Assembly (NCBI RefSeq): GCF_001194135.2 | Contig: NC_068991.1 | Coordinates: 6,812,783 to 6,860,684, forward strand | DNA: 47,902 nt | DNA from: Octopus bimaculoides | Taxonomy: Eukaryota | Direction: 5' to 3' | Part shown: piece after piece, positions 24,504-35,830 of the stretch | How positions within the stretch are numbered: the first letter of the stretch is position 1 | Layout of the letters: each line of letters opens with the position of its first letter | The notes under the pieces: model-generated | What the model was told of the DNA's origin: nothing | The model's database searches: none | What the model saw: the letters and a program-made list of their open reading frames with translations, nothing else | Position numbers and translations under genes: made by a program

Positions 24504-24869
24504 GGTTGGCACTCTGTCGGTTACGACGTCGAGGGTTCCAGTTGATCCGATCAACGGAACAGCCTGCTCGTGAAATTAGCGTGCAAGAAGCTGACCACTC
24601 CACAGACACGTGTACCATTTACGTATTTCTCGGGGAGACAGAGTGTGTCAAGGCTGGCCCCTTTGAAATACGAGTACAACAGAAACAGGAAAAAAGAGTG
24701 AGAGAAAGTTGTGGTGAAAGAGTACGGCAGGGTTCGCCACCACCCGCTGTCGGAGCCTCGTGGAGCTTTAGGTGTTTTCGCTCAATAAACACTCACAACG
24801 ACCGATCTGGAAATCGAAATCCTACGACCGCGAGTCCGCTGCCCTAACCACTGGGCCATTGCGTCTCAC
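24504..24869 (-). mobile_element. tRNA-derived SINE, family E (own head and body, tail shared with family C)
   Basis: Head GAGACGCAATGGCCCAGTGGTTAGGGCAGCGGACTC, a distinct body, then the family C tail (TTTCAAAGGGGCCAGCC...CACGAGCAGGCTGTTCCGTTGATCGGATCAACTGGAACCCTCG). Confidence 0.8.
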
Positions 24870-25539
24870 ATACATACATACATACATACATACATACATA
24901 CATACATACATACATACATACACACAAATAAAAACTCACAGAGGGTTGCCCAAATAAAAGAAAGAAACTCTCAACAATTCAATACTTGTGGAATTTAGAT
25001 ATAACATTCCATTTGTGTTGATTCCATTTGTGACCATTCCGGTCTTTAAGACGGTGGAGTGTGATGTTGTTTTTTTTTCAGGGTTTTCCTTTTTTACAGA
25101 CGTGGCTGTTATTTCTTGCATGTTGAGCGCTCCAGGCAATAAGCCTGACCGTTTCCTTAATGGCATATCGATGGAGAATACTTGTTTCTTGAGATAATCC
25201 TCCCACTTCTCATTGAGAGTGGGTTTCATGAGTCATTTGGTGATCATGACACTTCCTTGTGAAGCGGAAATAACATTTAATAAATCAAGAGATTTATGTT
25301 GTATAGTATTTGATATACCTGTATTTATGCATATGTCTGTTTTGGCAGCTCTCTACGACAGTGGTTCTAAACCGGGGCACATTTTACCCTTAGAGGTCCA
25401 TATAACATTTTGTTGCTAAAGTTTATGTGCAATAAATTGGTTACACTTCTACAATACTATTATATAGTGAAACTGTACACCCCTCCCGGTAAAAAGTGGT
25501 AGTAGCCAGCCATTATAAATAGACAAGTAGCCGGTGGAC

Positions 25540-25950
25540 AGAGAGAAAGTCGAGAGTATGCGTTAGACTGTGTTGATAGCCGTGTCTATGCTGATATGGT
25601 GATCACAATGTTGTTATGTCCTGTTTTATCATTTTTATTGTATTTGTGTAACATTGTTCGTTTTTTTCCGTCCTTGTTTTTGTATACATTCGCTGCTTTC
25701 TTCCAAGGAATCTAATGCTCTTAGCTTAGCTTAGCTTTTTTCCTTGGGGGTAGCCAGATTGGAGCAATATCGAGAATAACCAGCCGAAATTGCAAGGATA
25801 ATCTGGATCTCGACTGAAGAGAGAAAACTCCGAATGACCCGTCCGTGTTTTCTTTGTATCGTCTATCTGTATGTTTTGTCCGTTTCGCGTATCACCTAAC
25901 TGTCTGGATGTTTTGCGTCCTTATCCCATTCTGTATTATTTATACATATC
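25540..25950 (+). mobile_element. Dispersed repeat, possibly Penelope-related, with a degenerate hammerhead-like core
   Basis: CTGAAGA-GAG-AAAA-CTC-CGAAT at 25814-25835; lies next to microsatellite and gap sequence. Confidence 0.35.
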
Positions 25951-26691
25951 TTTATCTATCTGTCTATTTACTTATCTATCTATCTCCCTTTCTCTATATA
26001 TGCACGTGTATGTATGTATGTATGTATGTATGTGTATATATNNNNNNNNNNNNNNNNNNNNNNNNNNNNNNNNNNNNNNNNNNNNNNNNNNNNNNNNNNN
26101 NNNNNNNNNNNNNNNNNNNNNNNNNNNNNNNNNNNNNNNNNNNNNNNNNNNNNNNNNNNNNNNNNNNNNNNNNNNNNNNNNNNNNNNNNNNNNNNNNNNN
26201 NNNNNNNNNNNNNNNNNNNNNNNNNNNNNNNNNNNNNNNNNNNNNNATAACTACAGATATTTCAGTGCGAATTGTCTGAGGTCCAGAAACGAGAAACTCC
26301 GAGTAACGACTCATTTACTCAGCTTTGAGTAATTAACCATTTCCACGCCAAACCCACGCTAACTAATCATCTCTACTCAATCGTTTGTTTCTCTTCCATT
26401 TTCAGCTTGTTTACTTATTTCTGCGCATCTCCCAGCCTCACACCAAGTCCATTCATTTGTTTCGTTTATTCTCATCTCACTGACTCACACACGTTATCTC
26501 CTCCTCCTCCTCCTCCTCCTCTCTTATCTTCCTTCTCATGCACGTCCTCCTACTCATGCTACTGCTGCTGCTGCTGCTGCTGCTACCATTGCTTTCACAC
26601 CTATCTCCTACTCATTATTCATGCTCTATCTCACCTCATCTTTCTCTCTCTCTTTTCTTCTCTTTTTCTCTTTCTCTGTATCTCTTTTTTA

Positions 26692-26750
<59 letters not shown>

Positions 26751-29231
26751 CACTCACATACTCAGCTCAAACTGACGTCGTTCTATACAATTTCCATAGC
26801 AACCAAATGTAGGCCAGTTCTTATCGATACAACAGAATTACTGGAGAATAATGGGTAAAAGAAGAAGAGGGGGAAAAGGGGAGAGTAAGAGGCAAATACG
26901 GAGAGGAGGAGCAGTAGGAGGGAGGGAGGAGGACAGAGGAGGAGAGAGAAGGAGGAAGAGAGGAGGAGGGAGGAAATAAGAGCGAATACAANNNNNNNNN
27001 NNNNNNNNNNNNNNNNNNNNNNNNNNNNNNNNNNNNNNNNNNNNNNNNNNNNNNNNNNNNNNNNNNNNNNNNNNNNNNNNNNNNNNNNNNNNNNNNNNNN
27101 NNNNNNNNNNNNNNNNNNNNNNNNNNNNNNNNNNNNNNNNNNNNNNNNNNNNNNNNNNNNNNNNNNNNNNNNNNNNNNNNNNNNNNNNNNNNNNNNNNNN
27201 NNNNNNNNNNNNNNNNNNNNNNNNNNNNNNNNNNNNNNNNNNNNNNNNNNNNNNNNNNNNNNNNNNNNNNNNNNNNNNNNNNNNNNNNNNNNNNNNNNNN
27301 NNNNNNNNNNNNNNNNNNNNNNNNNNNNNNNNNNNNNNNNNNNNNNNNNNNNNNNNNNNNNNNNNNNNNNNNNNNNNNNNNNNNNNNNNNNNNNNNNNNN
27401 NNNNNNNNNNNNNNNNNNNNNNNNNNNNNNNNNNNNNNNNNNNNNNNNNNNNNNNNNNNNNNNNNNNNNNNNNNNNNNNNNNNNNNNNNNNNNNNNNNNN
27501 NNNNNNNNNNNNNNNNNNNNNNNNNNNNNNNNNNNNNNNNNNNNNNNNNNNNNNNNNNNNNNNNNNNNNNNNNNNNNNNNNNNNNNNNNNNNNNNNNNNN
27601 NNNNNNNNNNNNNNNNNNNNNNNNNNNNNNNNNNNNNNNNNNNNNNNNNNNNNNNNNNNNNNNNNNNNNNNNNNNNNNNNNNNNNNNNNNNNNNNNNNNN
27701 NNNNNNNNNNNNNNNNNNNNNNNNNNNNNNNNNNNNNNNNNNNNNNNNNNNNNNNNNNNNNNNNNNNNNNNNNNNNNNNNNNNNNNNNNNNNNNNNNNNN
27801 NNNNNNNNNNNNNNNNNNNNNNNNNNNNNNNNNNNNNNNNNNNNNNNNNNNNNNNNNNNNNNNNNNNNNNNNNNNNNNNNNNNNTATATACATATATATT
27901 CAGTTTTTCAAAGTCTGTTATTATTGTTAATGATGTCATTTTTATTGATAGTGACGTTGTTATTGTGATAGTAACTAACAAGCAGTTTAACATAATATTA
28001 CATTAAAATTATTCTAAAGGCAATATTTAAATAGAAACTGAAGACTAAGGAAATATCGGTGCAAATGCGTTTATCGTCCCCTACTAATCCTTTTGTCCAC
28101 AGTACCTATATAAAATTCACACCGCATCTTTTGTCCTCAGAACTCCTATAAATTTTTCAGTGACCCTCCCTACAGCCTTTGTTCCCTATATCCATTTAAA
28201 TTTTTCCCCCGTCTCCTTTGTCCCTTGTACCCACCCATATAAAATTTCCTCCGTCCCCTTTCTCCCTAGTACCCACATAAAATATCCACCAGCCCCACTG
28301 TCTTCAGTACTCGTGCAAAATTACAATAGCAAGCTCACCAGAGAAACTAGTGCGGATTGCCACCTTGTCGTGACGCAAGAATATTTTTATCTTCTTGAAT
28401 TTGATTAGAAAAAGACATTGGATTACTTCTGAAAATGTGTGAGAAAAAATATTGACTGACCCACCTGCAATTTTCAATAAGTCAGGATATTCGCATATCA
28501 TTTGTATTCGTTTTAAATTCTGCTGCAGTCCACTAGATCGCGGTTTGTATTATATAGCATCGTTTAAATGGCTTGGATTATTACTTGNNNNNNNNNNNNN
28601 NNNNNNNNNNNNNNNNNNNNNNNNNNNNNNNNNNNNNNNNNNNNNNNNNNNNNNNNNNNNNNNNNNNNNNNNNNNNNNNNNNNNNNNNNNNNNNNNNNNN
28701 NNNNNNNNNNNNNNNNNCAAAGATTAGCTGAAAAGTCCCAAATCACGAAGCAAGCTGAGAAATCAAAACCGAAAAGCAGAGGCTTAGTTCTATTGCGGTC
28801 ATTGGAAAGGTGCTTCCTGGAAAGATTCCAGCACCTTGCGAGGGTGTTGTCCTTGATAGTGATAAACTTATGCTGAGTTGCCACTCCATTTACTTCACAG
28901 TAACACCGGAATCGATCTCTGCCATCCGTAAGTCGGTTTCAAATCAATCAGGTGACCTACCCGAGCCAATGAAAACCACTTTTTAATTGGCCTATGGGCA
29001 TAACACCGTCGGACGTTTTCACATTTATTTATTATGTCGTCGGAAAGATCACATGTACGCGTGTGAATCTTAAGACGATGAAGTAAATAATCGACTGTCT
29101 CCAAAAAATATAAACAAATATACTTCATATATTAATTACTCATTAAACTCTGTCTGTCTGTCTGTCTGTGTGTTGGGGAGAGATATATTTTGGGCTACGT
29201 CTGTAGAAAATACAAAATGCAAATTCATCAG

Positions 29232-29365
29232 ACAGGCGCAGGCATGGCTGTGTGGTTAAGAAGCTCGCTTTGCAACCACGTATTTTCGAGTTCAATTCAA
29301 CAGCACGACACCCTGGGAAAGTGCCTTATGTTATAGTCTCGGGTTGACTAATGCCTTATGAAGGC
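29232..29365 (+). mobile_element. SINE family B head, degenerate
   Basis: GGCGCAGGCATGGCTGTGTGGTTAAGAAGCTCGC...GAGTTCAATTC. Confidence 0.7.
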
Positions 29366-29770
29366 TTATACCAAAAATTTGAATTCAGATTTTAGATTAG
29401 AAATAAAGCGATATAAATATAACCGAGATATTGTAATGCCACGGCCGGGACTATATCATTTACAGCAAGTGCCAAAAGAGATATCAGTTGATATCATTTG
29501 TTTTTAAAAGATTTTTTTTTTCTTTACTTTTATCTCTTAGTCACGTCTGGCACGGAACGAATCGGAGATAAAAAAGAATCCGTTGTTCCAACATGATCTG
29601 ATGTTATCAAAATATACTCTCTACTTCTTTTCCTTTATTTTCACATTTACCCTTTTACTTGTTTCATTCATTAGACTACGACCATTCTGAGGCAACGCCT
29701 GGAAGGGTTTTAGTTGAAGAAATCGTCCCCAGTTCTTATATTTTTAAGTAGAAAAAGAAAGAAGAAATAT

Positions 29771-29951
29771 TTCCTTCTCGAACTATGCTAGGTTCATAAG
29801 GGTCGGTTTCAGTGGTGGATAAATTCTGCACCTGGACGGGACGCCAATCTGTCGCAGGATTACTCATTTTTACCAGCTGAGTGGACTGGAGCAACATGAA
29901 ACAAAGTACTTTGCTCATGAGTCCAACACCCTAACCACTAAGCCACACGCC
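29771..29951 (-). mobile_element. SINE family F (family C head and CORE-like segment with a different tail), internally deleted
   Basis: Minus strand GGCGTGTGGCTTAGTGGTTAGGGTG...TGCTCCAGTCCACTCAGCTGG..TAATCCTGCGACAGATTGGCGTCCCGTCCAGG; second copy at 41651-41818. Confidence 0.7.
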
Positions 29952-30569
29952 AACACATGTTTTTAAGTTTGGTACTTATTCTATTGGTTTTGTGTATCTA
30001 TAACTTGATGAACATATAACAAATCAGCCGATACTAAAAGTCTGTAGTATTTCTGTAGAGCATTCGCCATCCTTTTACCATTACTAAATCGGACGACAGG
30101 ATTCTAGCAGTCAGGAAAGTATGTCGTCACCTCTCTTACATAAAAGTTTACGGCCGTAATATTTTCCTTTAACAGTAACTATCATTTTCTCTTTTTTCTT
30201 TCTTCTTTTTTTCCCATCTCTCTGTTTTTCTTCCTGCTTGTTAACTCTAAAGTACAACGCCTGTTGCATACTTTGTGTTTTATCCATTGCTTATCCTCCA
30301 TTGGTTCTCTTGACATATTTCTTGACCTTTTTTTTTATCGTGTGCTACTGGCTTCTCGAGTCACCACTTTGGTGTTGTGGACTTGGAAATTCCGATGGAC
30401 AGTGTAACCTCCATTTCACTGAGGTCATCTCAGCCTGATGATTGGGTGTTATTCATTGTTTAACTGTTACATCAAGAGGTTCGTCTAGTAAAGAAACTCA
30501 CGTAGCAGGCATATACATATGTCTGTATGTATACACACGCAAACATATAAACACACACACGCACGCACA

Positions 30570-30631
<62 letters not shown>

Positions 30632-30952
30632 GAGAGAATGTGACAGAGATTTGTAAAATTCTGCAACTATTATTTACAAATGTCGTCGTTCAGCAGAAAG
30701 GAAAATATCTTGTAGAGCTGTTTCATAAAATCATCTTCTGATTGATTGAGAGATTCTTAAAAGATTTTGAAAAATCATTAAAATATGAATTTGTTAAAGG
30801 GTAGAATTTAGGAATTTCAAAAATAACAGTATTCTAATGAAATTGTTGAGATTCATATTATGTTTATTTATATTATCCATTTGTGTTTTCAGTTAAACAT
30901 CCACAATAAAGTAAGATTATAGTTATCTAAAAATGCAAGCAATTATCAAATA

Positions 30953-30993
30953 TTTATTGATTAAATTGTAAATTATTGGACATATTATTTATT
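30953..30993 (-). promoter_or_regulatory. Candidate polyadenylation signals (AATAAA x2) of the M4 protease gene
   Basis: Minus-strand AATAAA at 30993-30988 and 30958-30953, 37 and 72 nt after the stop. The region is AT-rich, so chance occurrence is possible. Confidence 0.5.
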
Positions 30994-31029
30994 ATTGAAA
31001 TCAGTAGTTAATATAATCTGATTATACTT

Positions 31030-32942
31030 TTAATCTTCTGAATCCTCATCACACATAAGCTCTTGTAACTCATAATCCTCATATGTCTCAGCAACAAAAT
31101 AAGGATCACAAGCATAAGTAGCATGCAGTGTAACATTTTCTAAATTTTCTCTAGATTCCGGAGACAATTTGATAAAAAATTTAGGTCCTTCAAGATTTCT
31201 TACAGTCACTTCTGATGTGCCTTCAGCTAACAATGTATCTGGATCCAAACCATCTCCCTCTGTTAGCATATTGTACTTTGATAACTTAATATGAACTTTG
31301 CCACACATACCAGTGGCGATAATTGTAATATTCCCAACTAGCTTTGGATAAATAAAATCAAAGACTGGGTTTGCTTCAACTGACACTCTAATACCTGAGA
31401 TTGTTTTGCCAAATGACAATCTTTGAATATGTTTCTCTAGATCACATGGTTTAATTCCTGTAACTTCAAAAGCTTTAATAAAAGGGGTTAGATCTTTGCC
31501 AAGGTCATAGGCAACCTTCAACATATCACAAGCCCCAGAAATGAAGTCTGTATAATAGTGCCAATATATTGTATTGGCAATGAGGAAAACTTGGTAAGTT
31601 TCTTTTATATCCATTTTTAATTCATGTACAATGTAGTAAAAAATAAAATTATAAATCCCACTTCCATAATGAACGTTCATATTTGCAGTGAAATTATCAA
31701 CATGACTTACAGATTCATTGTCTAAGGAGGGGTTTGCCATGTATCTCAATGCACCCTCTTCTTTAATGACATCGAAGCCAACAAACCAGTCAATCTCACT
31801 CATATAAGCTTCAGTGACTTCTCCTGTTATATCAGAAAACGCCTCATTTATGGATCCAGACTGGTCTTTGTAAAGCAATCCAGAGTGTTGTTCTGTGAAG
31901 CCATGAGCAAGTTCATGTCCAATTACATCTGCAACTACAAGAGGATAAACGTTTGTATCGCCATCACCAAATGAGCAATATTCCCCATCCCAAAATGCGT
32001 TTTCATAATCTATCCCATAATGAACACGCAAGATTGCTTGTTTGTTTAGTATTGAAGAATTAAACCATTCCTGAAACATCTGAGATATCATGCTACCATA
32101 ATAGAAGGCATCAAGTGCTGGTGATATGGCCGTATTAACACTGTCATTAAAACCAACATCACAAAGATAATAGATAGGATCTGTGCCATGAAAATCTTCA
32201 CTGTACCTGTTTTGCATGTCTATTACTTTTACATAATTATTTTCAAGAAAACACATTTCACCAATCTGAGTCACAAAAGCTTTGTGATTTTTCTCACTAA
32301 ATTTGTATATTCCTGATTTTTCATTACCACCAGAACCAGTCAGTACTCTGGAAATGGTATCTAAATTATTATATTTCAGCAGTATTTCTCCAGTGTTACC
32401 ATCAATAACAAATGTAGGTCGTTTAATAACTTCTTCATTTTCTATTCGATAATTTATATGGTATGCTAGTCGAGATTTGTCATTTTCATCCAGGAAAATC
32501 ATAATTTTGTATTCTGGCTGGATGCTCTTTGCATAAATTTCATCTCCTTCTGCTTTAAAAGCTATATCGAAGACATCTAATTTTGAAAGCTTTGGTTCTG
32601 CATTTGTGATATCATCTTCAATTCCTTGAATAAACGTTCCTGTTGCATCACCAGTCAAATGTCCATCTTTATCTTGTGTAACGGTTAACGAAGCATCAAA
32701 AACAGGAACACCCAAGAACTTCTCTTGTAAGCGTAAAATTTCTGTGCCTTCAGCTGTTTTGATACGGTTTGACTCTTCAACTTCTTCATACTCCTTCAAA
32801 CCAAGAAGATCTCTGACTGTTACTTCAGTTTTATCTAAATGACGCCGATGAAATGGAGATGAAGGAAGATAAATCATTCTCCTTGCTCTTTCATGAGCAT
32901 CAACACGACGAGCCGCATCAGATGTCTTTATCAGTGACAAAC
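31030..32942 (-). CDS. Exon 2 (main coding exon) of a secreted M4-family zinc metalloprotease (thermolysin/LasB elastase/vibriolysin-like prepro-enzyme)
   Basis: Uninterrupted 636-codon ORF. Motifs (ORF-track numbering): HELAH 342-346, GSINEAFSD with E366, ENAFWDG, FGDG..VYPLV, LRYMANPS, NVHYGSG. FTP-like (LRLQEKFLGVPVFD) and PepSY-like (RPTFVIDGNTGEILLKY) propeptide segments align by eye with P. aeruginosa LasB and Vibrio proteases. The frame is closed by TAA just upstream, and a pyrimidine-rich acceptor TGTTTTCATTGTTTAG|GT lies at 32943/32942. Confidence 0.96.
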
Positions 32943-33574
32943 CTAAACAATGAAAACATTACAATTATGAATAACAGAAACATCAGGATTTTTTTCTTCA
33001 AGACTGAGACTAATTTTTTGACAATACATTCACACACAGTTTATGCCTATATTTGTTTTAAAAAGAATTAAATTCCTTAACAATTTAAATATAATTATAA
33101 GCTCATAATCTATGATATATTGCTCATAAAAAAATACATCATTCTAACCTCTTTTAGTCTGGACAAATTTGTCCAAATATAAATTCAATGCATTTCAGTA
33201 ATTAATTTAATATTTGATGAAATGGGGTAGTGGTTTGTTAAGTGAATGGGTGTGGGTTTCCTTTTAGTTAAACAACAACCAACATCTGAAAGCTACAAGT
33301 TAACTGAGGTCTGTGCATTTTTGGTGTAGGATAATTTTGTTGATTTGAATGCAGTCTGGTTATATTCAATGTTCCATACAAGGACTTTTGTATTTGTTTC
33401 ATAAATTAGGGGATGGCTACTAACATTAAGCTTAAGGATTATATAATGTACAAGTATAAAGAAAGAATTAAAGAAAGAAGGACTCATTATATTGAATGTT
33501 ATCGATAACATTGGGTGTAAATAGGGGGTGCTGCAATTCAGCAGTGCCTCCACACGAGCAGCCACTGTCTTGCA

Positions 33575-34749
33575 CTTAGTGACGTGGACAAGAAAGAGGT
33601 GTGGAAAAGTTACTACGAGAAACTGTTGAATGTAGAGAAAGAATGGGTTAAAGTGAGTCTCCCAACAGAAGGGCCGACTATCCTAGTGGACAGCAGTGTG
33701 GTAGATAAGACAATTGAAAACGTATTAACCAGGAAAGCCCCTGGCCCATCCGGAATCACAGCTGAGATGCTCAAAATATCCGGAATGGTAAAATATGGGC
33801 TAGTCACCCGCATAGTTGACTAAGTCATTCAGGAAGGTGTAATAGCTAGTGACTGGTGTAGCAGCATTATTATTAGCTGATACAAGATTATGGGTGCTGC
33901 TTTAGATAGAAACAAATAGAGAGGCGGTGAGCTGGCAGAAACGTTAGGTAGATGGTCTGTTCGATTTGTAGGAAAGGTGTAGGCAGGAACTCCTTACGGT
34001 GTACCCAGTGCAAGCTATGGACACTGAAGAGGTGCAGTGGATTAATCGGAAGGTTATCAGAGAAGATAGTTTTCGTTTGTGGAAGATGCACAGGATCCAT
34101 AAAAACTTTAGAGACTCGGGAAATTGATTCTCTCAAATGCCTTGGTTGCTCATTAGAGGTAGTAGATAATTTCTGCTACTTAGGGGACCAAATTAATAGT
34201 AGGGGAGGATGCACAGAATGTGTGATAGCTAGAAAATGAATAGGATGGAGAAAATTCAGAGACCTGTTACCTCTGTTGGGCACGAAAGGTTTCTGTCTCA
34301 AAGTGAAAGGAAGATTGCATGAAGCATGTATACAGACAGCAATTCAACATATGAGTGAAACGTGGGCCCTGAATGCAGAGGACATGCGATGGTTAGAAAG
34401 GAATAAGATTAGTATACTCCGCTGGGTGTGTAATGTAAGTGTACGTTTTCGACAGAGTGCTGGTGTTTTGAAAGAGAAGTTAGACATAAGAGGAATTAGT
34501 TGCTGAATGCAAGAGAGAAGATTGCGCTGGTTTGGTCATGTGATGCGGATGAGTGTCGAGAGTTCCATAAAGAAGTGCCGATCTCTCAAAGTAGAAGGAC
34601 CACGTGGAAGCGAAAGACCCAAGAAGACATGTGAAGGACTGAAGAATGAACTCAAGACGGTGAACGTTTCAGGCGAGATGGCAAAGGACCGAGACACCTG
34701 GCGCTTTGCTGCACTCGAGAAAACCCGTACTCCGCAGCAGAAGTGTTAA
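33575..34749 (+). mobile_element. Decayed RTE-clade LINE ORF2 fragment inside the protease intron (antisense to the gene)
   Basis: KAPGPSGITAEMLK (pre-RT), DW..SII...YK..G.ALDRN..RG (RT start), FCYLGD (RT motif 7), ETWAL, RRLRWFGHVMRM...GRP-like C-terminus. Multiple stops and a large internal deletion. Confidence 0.9.
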
Positions 34750-35088
34750 GACCGGTCCCCCTGGTGAAGCACATGGTGCCTGTTGTCCCCTTAACACTCA
34801 TTCGCCTTGCAGTGAAGTTGGTACAACATATATATCTCAGATTTCCAAGAAACTCAAACAGATAAGAATGGATATCATTTGTACAGGTGAAAGAAGCCAG
34901 GTGACTGACATTTACAGTAACTATTCCCAGAGTGTGACAGCAAGAAATAATCCCTGAAAATCAGTGGCTGGTGCCCATTAATCTTTTTTTACATCAAGTC
35001 TATTGAGTCAGTTGAAAGGTGATGGTGGGACCTCACCAAGACTGCAGAGGAATGAATCGACAAAGCAGGTGAAGTTGACAAGTTGTTC

Positions 35089-35240
<152 letters not shown>

Positions 35241-35292
35241 GATAGTTGTTCTGACACAATCAGCTGTGAAGTAATTGTATAACTATGTAGTT

Positions 35293-35430
35293 GAGACTGG
35301 GAAACGGCACTTTGGGCTTCTGCCTTCTACTATAGCCCCTGCCCAACCAATGCCTTGCAGGAAAACATAAAGGCGGTGCTCCAGCATGGCCACAGTCAAA
35401 TGACTGAAACAAGTAAAAGAATAAAATAAT
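35293..35430 (+). mobile_element. Internally deleted SINE family B in the intron
   Basis: CTTCTACTATAGCC joined to AAAGGCGGTGCTCCAGCATGGCCACAGTCAAATGACTGAAACAAGTAAAAG. Confidence 0.75.
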
Positions 35431-35713
35431 AACCAATGAATAAACTGCAATGGTTAAGACTCATTCTTGTGCTGATGGATTCTAACTAAGGCAGCATCAT
35501 TGTGACAGATCTCATCACAAAGGAGAAACAGTTGAGGAGGATTACAAGATTGGTCAGGCAGAGAATAGTAGAGGTGCTACAATAGTCCTTAAGGCAAATC
35601 TAGCTTCTATAAAGTATTTTATGTAAGAAATGAATCAGTTGTCATCACAAGAAAATACAAAGATAAAATGCATGTAAACTTAAACAATGAAAAAATCTTG
35701 AAAATATACTTAC

Positions 35714-35762
35714 TGCCAAATAGGAGTTGCCACGAATAAAATATAACCAACAAATTCCTCAT
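35714..35762 (-). CDS. Predicted exon 1 of the M4 protease, encoding most of the signal peptide (MRNLLVIFYSWQLLFG + A)
   Basis: 49-nt exon with ATG at 35762 in GCAACCATG context, ending at a consensus donor GTAAGT (35713-35708). Phase 1 matches the acceptor (A|GT = Ser) and joins in frame to give MRNLLVIFYSWQLLFGSLSLIKTSDA-ARRV, a plausible cleavable signal peptide. Confidence 0.85.
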
Positions 35763-35830
35763 GGTTGCAAAATATTCACAAATATTATGCTCTATCCAAA
35801 AACCATCTCAAGGTTTACATCATTTGTTTC

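Noticed and set aside
24936-25229. 97-aa minus-strand ORF next to a hAT-like terminus at 25359
   Set aside because: No recognisable transposase or other motif.
12646-28876. Long ORFs containing X runs (also 36690-39721 and 46218-47018)
   Set aside because: Artefacts of reading through N gaps.
28720-29130. Motif cluster (ATCAATCA, CCAAT, TAATTGG) and small hairpin at 28807-28837
   Set aside because: Short motifs are expected by chance; enhancer or RNA function cannot be supported without conservation data.
31030-32940. Bacterial contamination as the explanation for the M4 gene
   Set aside because: It is contiguous without gaps with host SINEs, microsatellites and a LINE; it has a matching GT-AG intron and Kozak-like exon 1; composition is AT-rich like the host; there is no neighbouring bacterial gene or operon.
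32938-32940. TTG at 32940 as a prokaryotic start codon
   Set aside because: It would give no signal peptide and has no obvious Shine-Dalgarno; a splice acceptor 2 nt upstream and an in-phase upstream exon explain it better.
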